A stretch of 62,570 nt of DNA, counting the filler. It is 14 parts of 14 records of this genome, joined end to end, with 100 filler letters (N's around TTAATTAATTAA, not from the genome) between each part and the next. Parts side by side here need not be neighbours in the genome. Positions count along the whole stretch, not along the records: positions 9,019 to 13,201 come from SRR9188676_2545; positions 13,302 to 33,682 come from SRR9188676_2548; 12 more parts are not named here. One strand, 5' to 3'. The position numbers and the translations under genes were made by a program. Shown in pieces: positions 9,019 through 17,903 of this stretch (positions within the stretch are counted from its first letter, which is position 1; each line of letters begins with the position of its first letter). The notes under the pieces are model-generated. The model saw only the letters and a list, made by a program, of their open reading frames with translations. It did no database searches and was not told the DNA's origin.

Positions 9019-12000
9019 GGGAGACGGATGATGTGCGATAGGGCTGCATCATCTGGGGACTCACGGAGACCGACCGGTTCCCGCCTCCCGCTGTGATCAC
9101 TCTTCTTGATGTGACATGCACACGTGGCTGCGGTTGGCTTGTCAACATCACACCTGCGTTCCCTTGCATGTTCATTGGACTACTAGCCATCCCCTTATTC
9201 AGCCCAATTCCAGATGAATTCTTTCCCAGGGAAGTCCTACTACTATTGTCTTCATGATCATAAGCCAGAGCGGCCGATGCAGACTCGATAGCGTGCGATG
9301 GAAGATTGTAAGAGCTATTAGTAATAGACGGAGAGTCTGTGGAGTGGTTGTGAGTGATATTTGCAGAGGCAATGGCGTCATGATGGCGGCGGGAGCGCCC
9401 AGAGTTGGGTGCTGACCTGGATACCCCCCGTGGGGATTCGTCCGCACAGAGATCTTTACCTATCCCCATCCCCATCCCCATCACTATAGAGGCATTCATA
9501 TCGGCCAGACCGATTGTGCTGCTATTCTGGTACAAGCCGGTGGTGGCTGCGTGGTGCATAGCTCCCAGAAGAGGGGAGGGTGCACGCTGCTGGGATATGG
9601 GATGTATGGGAGGCTGTCTGCTATTGTTTGAGGAGTACGCGAGAATGGATTGTTGTTGTGTGGGGCTATGTCTAACAGGGTATGAGTACGTGTGAGATTG
9701 GGGGTGTGATTTTGTGGCTCCGTTTGCTGTGGTGAGTGATGTGGATGTAGGTGTGGATACGGGGGGTACGGGGGCCAGGGGGGTTAGCGGTCGATGCGAG
9801 GTGGGCATGAATGATGGTATTGGGCGCGTGCGCGTGGTGGTGGTCGGGGACAGAGGCCGTCCGGTAGATGACAGCCCGTCGCATCTGAGAGGAGCACCAT
9901 AAAAAACAAATTAAAGAAGAACCAACTACTACCTACGGATGAGACTGAGACAAAACTTCAAAAAAAAAGAGGAGGGGGCAGCGAGAGCGAAAGGAAGAAT
10001 AAGGGATAATCAACGACAATGGATCACAACATGCAGTTGGAAATGACACCGGATAGCTGATGAAAGGTCGCAATGGAACACTCCATGATGTGCATCACAC
10101 TTACCGGATGATCAGACGTGAGGCCGATGAAGCTGATGGTGTGGCATGTGAGGGTGCTGGCTGGGACAGGTCATTCTCATCCACCCATGGCCACACACTC
10201 ACAGAAGTGCCATCTTGTCTCTGTCCATGCCCGGGCCTCTGCGCTTGAAGTGCAGTGATACTGGCCTCCCTGTTCCTATCACTTTCCCAATCCATAGTAC
10301 CACAATCCCTCTCTCTTGCAGAGGCACATGCACTCTGGTGGTGCTGCACGGCACTAAACCCCTCAAGAGGCTGCCGGTACGCTGGGATATGGCTTAGGTC
10401 AAGCTCGAGGTCACGGGTATGACTGAGGTACTGCTCGCTACGACCACTGTCACTGCCATTGTTCTGCTGACTACGATGATGAGAGGTTTCATGCTGGTGA
10501 TGATTGTGCCGAGGGCTATGCGAGCTGTTTTTGCGACCGTGGTTATGGAATGAGCCCTGAGGATGCGTTGTTGATGTTGCTAGGGAAGTATCATTCTCCC
10601 GCTTTGGTGTCTGGTGGTGAGTATGCGGGGTATGGTGCAGCGCAGAGGGAGATGAGTACGGCCGTGTGGGCAAATGATGGTGATGGTGGTGATGATGACC
10701 CTCGTGGAGATGGGCACTGGTGCGTGTGGGAGTGCGGGTAGGTGTGTGGGTCGGAGGAACCTCCTTCGTGCGCGAAGGAGAATTCATATCGAGTGCTCTG
10801 CGAAAGGACCAAACAGACCAACGGTACAGATAAATGAGGGGTTTGTGAAAATCACACAATGAAGGCAATAACCCACGGTTGAAGAGTGGAACCCTAGAAC
10901 ATGCGTTTATGAATCAGTCAAGATCATACTCTTGATATATACTGAGCCCGAGAGGGGCAGTGTGGAGGCTTTTTCGAATGAAACACGGACCATTCCTGGC
11001 TCGAATCTCCCAATTTTCAAGACTTTTCTCGTCGATTAAGGCCCCAAGTTGGTGGATAGAAAAGTGTTCCTCATGAGAGTGGCTCTAAATTCTAAATGAG
11101 GGGGCTCCGAGAAAGAGGGATCGGGTGGACATACCTTGGCTCGCACACATGCGATTCGGTTGATTTCACCCCTGAATCAGCGCGAGGATCACTATATCGT
11201 GAGTTTAGGTTAAGTGAGTTGAGATTCTCACTGACATAATCAGGAGAGCTTGTTGGAGAATCGAGTCTCGATCGGACAGTCGCAAAATTGACAAAATCCT
11301 CTGTGCCATCCGAAAATCCAGATGCTTTGCTATTCTCATTGTCATTATCATTAACATTATTATCATGATCATACTCCTGACTGTAATTGCTAAACCCTTT
11401 GTCATAGTCTCGTCGGAAAATTGGAATGTCATGATCTACATCACTGTGCTCCTCCCCCTCTGCGATAAATGACAGTGACATTTTTTCATCATCGCGTGAA
11501 GTGTTGATAATTTCAAGATCTTCATCATCAGAGTCTACATTCCATCCTGTGGGAGTCTCATCCTCAAGGTCTTCGAGACGCAGAGAGGGCGTGAAAAGTT
11601 CAAGTGCAGACTGCGATCGTGCAGTGAGTAACTGCGTGTCTTCAAATGAATCTGTCAAGTTTGGCTGTGAAGTCGGACGAGCGAGCAGCGCTTCATCCAT
11701 GTCATAAGGGTCTGAGAGAGTGGGGCTTTCGCTTCGATTGCATTCAGGAACGACTGCATCGGTGTCTTGATTGTTGGGCAATGACAGTGGGGGGAGCTGT
11801 CGAGGCGTGGGCTTCACTCGGTCACTCTGTGATCAACGTAAGGATTAAAGACATGATTAAGTGCTCGTCCGAGCAGAGGGTCCAAGAGATACGTACCCCG
11901 AGAGCAATTGGTTGAGGTGATGTCCATTTCTTTCTTGATTTTGGCTAACAGGGCAAAAAAAATCAGTTCAACGACAGCACAAGATCATAAAAGACCAAGA

Positions 12001-12211
12001 TATATACCTGAACATATGAATGTCCTTTTTCATGTTGTCGTTTGATGTGATTCTCGACTCTCTCTTCGTTCGCACCTCGGATGTACAGGTTGAAGCCATT
12101 TCGTCTTTCTTGCAAGAGTTTTTCTTCGTTGGACTTCTCTTCCTCTAGGGCCTTTTTCTTTTTGACTTTTTCTTCTAATCTAGTTAAATATTCTTGATGG
12201 CTGACCTTCAT
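9019..12211 (-). CDS. KATNIP: KATNIP/KIAA0556-like protein, 5' part; exons 12211-12008, 11944-11897, 11826-11135, 10797-10105, 9884-<9019
   Basis: The N-terminus HQEYLTRLEEKVKKKKALEE...LQERRNGFNLYIRGANEE...KSRKKW resembles KATNIP HDEYLILLQQRNRILK...LEQGFSVYVNGANSE...RRGW. Five GT-AG exons join in frame (phases 0,0,2,2). The rest is low-complexity, and no DUF4457 domain is visible before the contig end. Confidence 0.6.
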
Positions 12212-13305
12212 CGCCGTTGGCCATCAGTCTCGTGAGCAAAGAACCACACCTAAAAAAAAACTTGTCATGTCATTATGGCTGTCATTTGGGCTGACAGCTA
12301 GACTGACACTTTTGATGGTTGCGCTCTGCCGACTGGATCGATATTAACTGTATCGATATTAACTCCATGTCAAGCTATGTCAAGCTATGTCAAGTGAGCT
12401 TCCCCCATCTCGAATGTCCCGCCTGAAGATCAACGGACCGGAGATTGGTAATAGCGCCCCAGGACTCCAGGAAACAAAATCGAACAAACGCCGCAATAAC
12501 CAGGAAAGGACACTTCTCTGGTGAGAATGAGCCCCACTTTGGTTCTACTTCGTGTAGTATGTGAATTTTTTTCTGTGAATCCTTCAATTTCCTTGATCCC
12601 AAGCCGCGATACATCCGCTGCTTTCGATTTCCTCGATTAGAGCTCAAATCATCGAGGTGTTTGCTTCATCCTGCACTGTAGACGCCTCTTATAATCAATG
12701 TTTTGTCATTTTCTTCAACAACGCACGATACTTCCGTCAGATGATCGGGAAGGTAGAGAGAGAGATCATCTGCTGCTTATTATCTGTTTTTCCCTCCCTT
12801 CTATCCTGGTTGCTCCTATTGTTACTGGTAATGTTCTCAGCCTGCTTCCTCAGGCCGATCCTGCCAAATCATAAGTGATCGTCAACGATCTACATGCTTT
12901 TGCTCGGTCACACGATGGAACATTTTTCCAGATCTGCTCAGGTGTTTACAAATCTCATTCTATATGAATGAACATAAAGATTTGATCTCCCTACTCTCCC
13001 CCACCTAGTCTGACCCAGGACCCTGGTTCTTGTGCGTCTTCCTCTACCTGTCCTGTACTGTCTGCAGTCTGGACCAGGAGCCACTACCCTCCACCTATTC
13101 TGGACGTCATGTCTGTCCACCAACCCTGACCCCCTCTGCTTACCCTGGAGCCGTCTGCCTCCTCTGGACTCTCTGTTGTAGAAAGACCTCACAACGGAAG
13201 CNNNNNNNNNNNNNNNNNNNNNNNNNNNNNNNNNNNNNNNNNNNNTTAATTAATTAANNNNNNNNNNNNNNNNNNNNNNNNNNNNNNNNNNNNNNNNNNN
13301 NAATA

Positions 13306-13372
13306 TAAACCTATAAGGATTTGAGGTTAAAATTTTCATTATTAGATAATTATGTAAATCCTTATAGGTTTA
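13306..13372. repeat. 17-bp perfect inverted repeat (REP-like extragenic palindrome) at the start of the bacterial contig
   Basis: TAAACCTATAAGGATTT (13306-13322) and AAATCCTTATAGGTTTA (13356-13372). Confidence 0.7.
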
Positions 13373-13456
13373 ACTAAATGAAATAATCTCTAAATCGCTA
13401 CAAATACGAAAACAAAAATTAATTTTAAGCGACGAACTATTTGACATGAAATAAAC

Positions 13457-14035
13457 ATGAATCCTAAAGTTGATTTTTATTTTACAAAAGCCGAAAAGTG
13501 GCAAGAAGAACTGGAACAATTAAGAAAAATTGTTCTCGAATGTGAACTAACTGAAGAGTTAAAATGGGGTGTTCCTTGTTACACTTTTCAGAAAAGTAAC
13601 ATCGTTTTAATCCATGATTTTAAAGAATATTGTGCCTTATTGTTTATGAAAGGGGCTTTATTAGATAATGCCAACGGATTATTGATTCAACAAACTGAAA
13701 ATGTGCAGGCTGCCAGACAAATTCGCTTTACCAATCTTCGGGAAATTGTGGATAATAAAGCTATTTTGAAAGCTTATATTTATGAAGCCATCGAAGTAGA
13801 AAAAGCAGGGCTGAAAGTAGAGCTAAAAAAGACGACCGAATACAATATTCCAGAAGAGTTTCAACAGAAATTGGATGAATCAACAGCCTTAAAAACAGCC
13901 TTTGAAGCCCTCACTCCCGGGCGACAAAGAGCTTACTTATTACATTTTTCTCAACCCAAACAAGCCAAAACACGAGAAGCAAGAGTAGAAAAATGTATTC
14001 CACAAATTCTGGATGGAAAAGGATTGAATGATTGA
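13457..14035 (+). CDS. YdeI/OmpD-associated family protein (DUF1801 + OmdA C-terminal domain)
   Basis: Motifs LTEELKWGVPCY, FKEYCALLFMKGALL, QTENVQAARQIRF, AFEALTPGRQRAYLLHFSQPKQAKTREARVEK. Confidence 0.92.
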   Translation: MNPKVDFYFTKAEKWQEELEQLRKIVLECELTEELKWGVPCYTFQKSNIVLIHDFKEYCALLFMKGALLDNANGLLIQQTENVQAARQIRFTNLREIVDNKAILKAYIYEAIEVEKAGLKVELKKTTEYNIPEEFQQKLDESTALKTAFEALTPGRQRAYLLHFSQPKQAKTREARVEKCIPQILDGKGLND

Positions 14036-14078
14036 AATAGCTTCCTGAAAATCATTTATTTAACCAATAAGTAATCGC

Positions 14079-14717
14079 ATGAATCCTGAGGTTGATGTAT
14101 ATTTTACGGCGGGTTGTGGGCGTTGTCCACTGGGAAATACCCCCGAATGTAAAGTCAATAAGTGGCAAGCTGAATTGGAGCAATTAAGAAAAATTGTTCT
14201 TGAATGTGGTTTGACGGAAGAATTAAAGTGGGGAATTCCATGTTACACATTTCAGAAAACCAACACCGTTTTAATTGCCGCATTTAATGAATATTGTGCC
14301 ATTAGTTTTTTCAAAGGGGCTTTATTGCATGATAGCGATGGCATTTTAATGAAACCTGGGGAAAATACACAATCTGCACGCTTGATTCGCTTTACGAATG
14401 TCCGAGAAATAATTGAAAACAAAGCCATTTTGAAAGCCTATATTTACGAAGCCATTGAAGTGGAAAAAGCAGGATTGAAAGTAACGTTTAAAAAGCCAAC
14501 AGAATTTAACATTCCAGAAGAGTTCCAAGAAAAATTAAATGAATCATCAGCCTTAAAAACCGCCTTCGAAGCCTTAACTCCGGGTCGGCAAAGAGCCTAC
14601 TTATTACATTTCGCTCAACCCAAACAAGCCAAAACACGGGAGGCAAGAGTAGAAAAATGTATTCCACAAATTATGGATGGGAAGGGGTTTATGGATGGGA
14701 AGGGGTTTAATGAATGA
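14079..14717 (+). CDS. YdeI/OmpD-associated family protein, paralogue with Cys-rich N-terminal insert
   Basis: Same motifs as the upstream gene plus N-terminal GCGRCPLGNTPECKVNKW. C-terminal MDGKGF is duplicated. Confidence 0.92.
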   Translation: MNPEVDVYFTAGCGRCPLGNTPECKVNKWQAELEQLRKIVLECGLTEELKWGIPCYTFQKTNTVLIAAFNEYCAISFFKGALLHDSDGILMKPGENTQSARLIRFTNVREIIENKAILKAYIYEAIEVEKAGLKVTFKKPTEFNIPEEFQEKLNESSALKTAFEALTPGRQRAYLLHFAQPKQAKTREARVEKCIPQIMDGKGFMDGKGFNE

Positions 14718-14824
14718 TGAATAAGTACTGTACAAGAGTTTAACATTTTAAAGAATAGTGAAACCCTTCATACACTACTAACAATCAATTTAGATTATAA
14801 ACATTTTAACACAACAACCTTACA

Positions 14825-15364
14825 ATGAAAATACTTGCATTCGCAGGAAGTAATAGTAGCGCTTCCATCAATAAAAAATTAGTTACACACGTTGCTTCTT
14901 TTTTCAATGAACACGACATCGAAATCTTGGATTTGAATGATTATGAAATGCCTTTATTTAGTGTGGATAAATTAGCCAAAGATGGTATTCCACAATTGAC
15001 TTTAGATTTCGCTCAAAAAATAGATAGCAGTGATTTTTTATTGATTTCATTTGCAGAAAACAATGGAGCATATACTACTGCTTTCAAAAATATCTTCGAT
15101 TGGGTTTCTATGATTCAAGGTCGCCCAGTATTTGGCAATAAACCGATGTTTTTGTTATCTACTTCGCCTGGTCCAAGAGGTGGCGCAAGTGTCATGGAGA
15201 TTGCTAAAAACAGAATGCCTTTTAGTGGTGGAAAAGTACTGGATACTTTTTCTTTACCAAGTTATAACAAGAATTTTGTAGAAGGTGAAGGAATTACTAA
15301 CAGTGAATACGCAGCAGAAGTTGCTTCAAAAATTGAAAAAATAAAGGCTGAGTTCTTAGGTTAA
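14825..15364 (+). CDS. NAD(P)H-dependent FMN reductase (flavodoxin-like fold)
   Basis: ILAFAGSNSSASINKKL, AENNGAYTTAFKNIFDWVS, LLSTSPGPRGG. Confidence 0.92.
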   Translation: MKILAFAGSNSSASINKKLVTHVASFFNEHDIEILDLNDYEMPLFSVDKLAKDGIPQLTLDFAQKIDSSDFLLISFAENNGAYTTAFKNIFDWVSMIQGRPVFGNKPMFLLSTSPGPRGGASVMEIAKNRMPFSGGKVLDTFSLPSYNKNFVEGEGITNSEYAAEVASKIEKIKAEFLG

Positions 15365-15460
15365 ACACACAGATTATTAAAGCTTTTATTTCACTAAAAT
15401 TATTTTTTCTAAAAATCAATAAAGGAAGTTTATATTAGTGGTATTGATAAACACATTTTA

Positions 15461-16255
15461 TTGATGAATAAAAAGTTGGAAATATTAAATGACGAACTAC
15501 TTACTGAATACTGTAAGTTAGTAGATAACAACACACTAAATATTTACAAATTACTGAAAGAAAGCGAGTTGACTATTGACAATTTTAGTTTTTACACTTC
15601 AGTATCAGCTGTATTTTCTTCAAAAATAGAAGGAGAGTCAATTGAATTAGATTCTTATATAAAACACAAACGATTTGGCATTGAGTTTTTACCTGATTAT
15701 ACCCAAAAAATTGATGATTTATACAATGCCTATCAGTTTGCTAAATCTAATTCTTGCAATCAAGAGAATATTGAAGAAGTCCATAAAATTTTAACGAAGC
15801 ACTTATTGCCAACCAACAAACAAGGAAAGGCAAGAACAAGCAATATGTATGTTACTACCAATGATGGTAGAATAGAATATGTTGCCGCTACGCCCTTTAT
15901 TGTAGAGAGCGAAATGAATAAATTTTATACAGATTTAGCATTTCTTTTATCTGTCGATTTAAGTGTTCAAGAAGTATTTTATTATGCTTCTTTTTTACAT
16001 TTAGTATTCGTAAAAATTCACCCTTTTAATGACGGAAACGGTAGGACATCAAGATTGATTGAAAAATGGTTTTTAGCAGAGAAATTAGGAGAAAAAGCTT
16101 GGCTTATCCAGTCTGAAAAAAACTATTATCTGCAACATTCTACTTATTACAAAAATATAAGACTTTTGGGCTTGGAGTATCAAAGCTTGGATTATTCCAA
16201 ATCATTGTCATTTTTAGCAATGCTTCCTCAGTCACTCATTATCAATGAAGGTTAA
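15461..16255 (+). CDS. Fic family protein (class II, N-terminal inhibitory helix)
   Basis: Canonical catalytic motif HPFNDGNGRTSR and inhibitory motif SSKIEG ((S/T)xxxE(G/N)) near the N-terminus. Confidence 0.93.
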   Translation: MMNKKLEILNDELLTEYCKLVDNNTLNIYKLLKESELTIDNFSFYTSVSAVFSSKIEGESIELDSYIKHKRFGIEFLPDYTQKIDDLYNAYQFAKSNSCNQENIEEVHKILTKHLLPTNKQGKARTSNMYVTTNDGRIEYVAATPFIVESEMNKFYTDLAFLLSVDLSVQEVFYYASFLHLVFVKIHPFNDGNGRTSRLIEKWFLAEKLGEKAWLIQSEKNYYLQHSTYYKNIRLLGLEYQSLDYSKSLSFLAMLPQSLIINEG

Positions 16256-16302
16256 GCCATAAATACTTTTGTTCTAAAGTATATTTCCAATGAAAACACA
16301 GA

Positions 16303-16785
16303 ATGAATATGAAAAAAACAGCATTGATATTTTTCATGTTTGGGCTAACCTCTTCTTGTAAACAAGCAAATACCTTGAGCAACAACGAAAAGAAGCTGAT
16401 TAAACAGGAAGCAAAACAAATGCTTGATAATTATTATAATGACATCAGGCAAAAAGGATTATTAGCAGAATTGGACTATTTAGACAATTCTGCTGATTTC
16501 TTTTGGGTTCCTCCTGGCTATTCAAATGCCATTACTTATGATAGTGTTGTATCCGTTTTAAAACAGAATGCTCCACAATTTAAAAGTATTGATAATTCAT
16601 TCAAATCATTACAAATTTTTCCTCTTAGCAATCAGCTTGCCAGTTATACAGGGAAACTGATTGCTACAATGACAGACACATCAGGCAAAGTAACCAACAT
16701 TCATCTTATAGAAACAGGAGTAATCATAAAGCGTACTAATGGATGGAAATTATTAAATGGACAAACGGCTATTTTAAATCCATAA
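16303..16785 (+). CDS. Lipoprotein with NTF2/SnoaL-like (DUF4440-type) fold
   Basis: Signal peptide with lipobox LTSS-C. The C-terminal ETGVIIKRTNGWKLLNGQT is typical of NTF2-like proteins. Confidence 0.65.
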   Translation: MNMKKTALIFFMFGLTSSCKQANTLSNNEKKLIKQEAKQMLDNYYNDIRQKGLLAELDYLDNSADFFWVPPGYSNAITYDSVVSVLKQNAPQFKSIDNSFKSLQIFPLSNQLASYTGKLIATMTDTSGKVTNIHLIETGVIIKRTNGWKLLNGQTAILNP

Positions 16786-16866
16786 ATATCTTATATCATT
16801 TTTCTTCATGTAATTTCAGAAGAAAAATAACCAATTTTCCCATTTAAACCTTTTCAATCAACAATC

Positions 16867-17760
16867 ATGAACAAACTAATTTTTGCAGTATCCTTACTTT
16901 TTACGCTGATTACTTCTTCGGTTTTCTCTCAGAAAAATGTTTTAAAAACAAACATTGAACAAATCATCAACACTAAAAAAGCTACCGTCGGTGTGGCAAT
17001 TTATGGACTTGAAAGTAAAGAAAGTATTACAGTGAATAATGAATTGCAATATCCTTTACAAAGTGTTTTTAAGTTTCATATTGCTTTGGCAGTGTTAAAC
17101 CAAGTGGATAAAGGTAAGTTTGAACTTAATCAGAAGGTTTTTATTAAACCTAGTGATTTGTTACCCAATACTTGGAGTCCGATTAGAGAGAAATATCCAA
17201 ATGCGAATGTTTCTTTAAGCATTGCAGAAATCATCCGATATACTGTTGGTGAAAGTGATAATAATGGTTGTGATATTTTATTAAGATTGATTGGTGGATC
17301 CAAAACAGTAAACGATTATATTCACAAAATAGGCATTAAAGAAATAGCAATCGTAGCCAGTGAAGAAGATATGCACAAAGCGTGGGATGTTCAGTTTGGA
17401 AATTGGACTAAACCGATGGCAGCTACGGAATTGTTAAAAATATTTTACAGTAAAAAAATTACTTCTAAAGCAAATTTTGATTTCCTATGGAAAGTAATGC
17501 TAGATTCGCCAACAGGTAAAAAAAGAATTAAATCACAATTACCAGAAGGTACTTTGGTTGCTCATAAAACGGGAACATCTGGCACTAATCAAGAAGGTAT
17601 CACTTCGGCAGTAAATGATATTGGCATTGTTACTTTGCCTAATGGCAAACATTTTGCCATCAGTGTATTTGTTTCGAATTCTAAAGAAAATGAAGAAACC
17701 AATGAAAAAATCATTGCTGATATTTCAAAATTAGCTTGGGATTACTTCGTCGCTAAATAG
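16867..17760 (+). CDS. bla: Class A serine beta-lactamase, subclass A2 (TLA/VEB/PER/CGA-like)
   Basis: Signal peptide; SVFK (S70xxK), SDN, SEEDMH (E166 region), HKTGTSG. A2 signatures LLPNTWSPIREKYP, SDNNGCDILL and NDIGIVTLPNGKH. Confidence 0.96.
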   Translation: MNKLIFAVSLLFTLITSSVFSQKNVLKTNIEQIINTKKATVGVAIYGLESKESITVNNELQYPLQSVFKFHIALAVLNQVDKGKFELNQKVFIKPSDLLPNTWSPIREKYPNANVSLSIAEIIRYTVGESDNNGCDILLRLIGGSKTVNDYIHKIGIKEIAIVASEEDMHKAWDVQFGNWTKPMAATELLKIFYSKKITSKANFDFLWKVMLDSPTGKKRIKSQLPEGTLVAHKTGTSGTNQEGITSAVNDIGIVTLPNGKHFAISVFVSNSKENEETNEKIIADISKLAWDYFVAK

Positions 17761-17788
17761 CAAAGGAAATTCGTAAAAGATTTAATAC

Positions 17789-17820
17789 AAAAGCCCAAAC
17801 AATTATAAATCGTTTGGGCT
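17789..17820 (-). terminator. Intrinsic terminator between the convergent bla and susD genes
   Basis: Stem AGCCCAAAC/GTTTGGGCT (17792-17800/17812-17820). The A-run on its left gives a U-tail for the minus-strand susCD transcript. Confidence 0.7.
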
Positions 17821-17903
17821 AAATCAATCATTCATTACAAAACAAATTGTGTTTGTTGCACCGACTCATCTTGCTTCATTCATAGTTATTTAGGTTAATA
17901 TTT

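Noticed and set aside
12600..13201. Possible + strand exons divergent from the KATNIP-like gene
   Set aside because: Splice-like sites exist, but I could not build a consistent open frame or recognise a product.
13202..13301. Eukaryote-to-bacterium junction as evidence of horizontal transfer or an integrated island
   Set aside because: Both boundaries are artificial linkers, so there is no sequence evidence of physical linkage.
15358..16260. GTTAAAC and GTTAAGC (GTTRRRY) at the ends of the FMN reductase and fic genes, suggesting integron cassettes upstream of bla
   Set aside because: Both arise from Gly-stop codons (GGT TAA). There is no inverse core RYYYAAC, no attC-like hairpin and no integrase.
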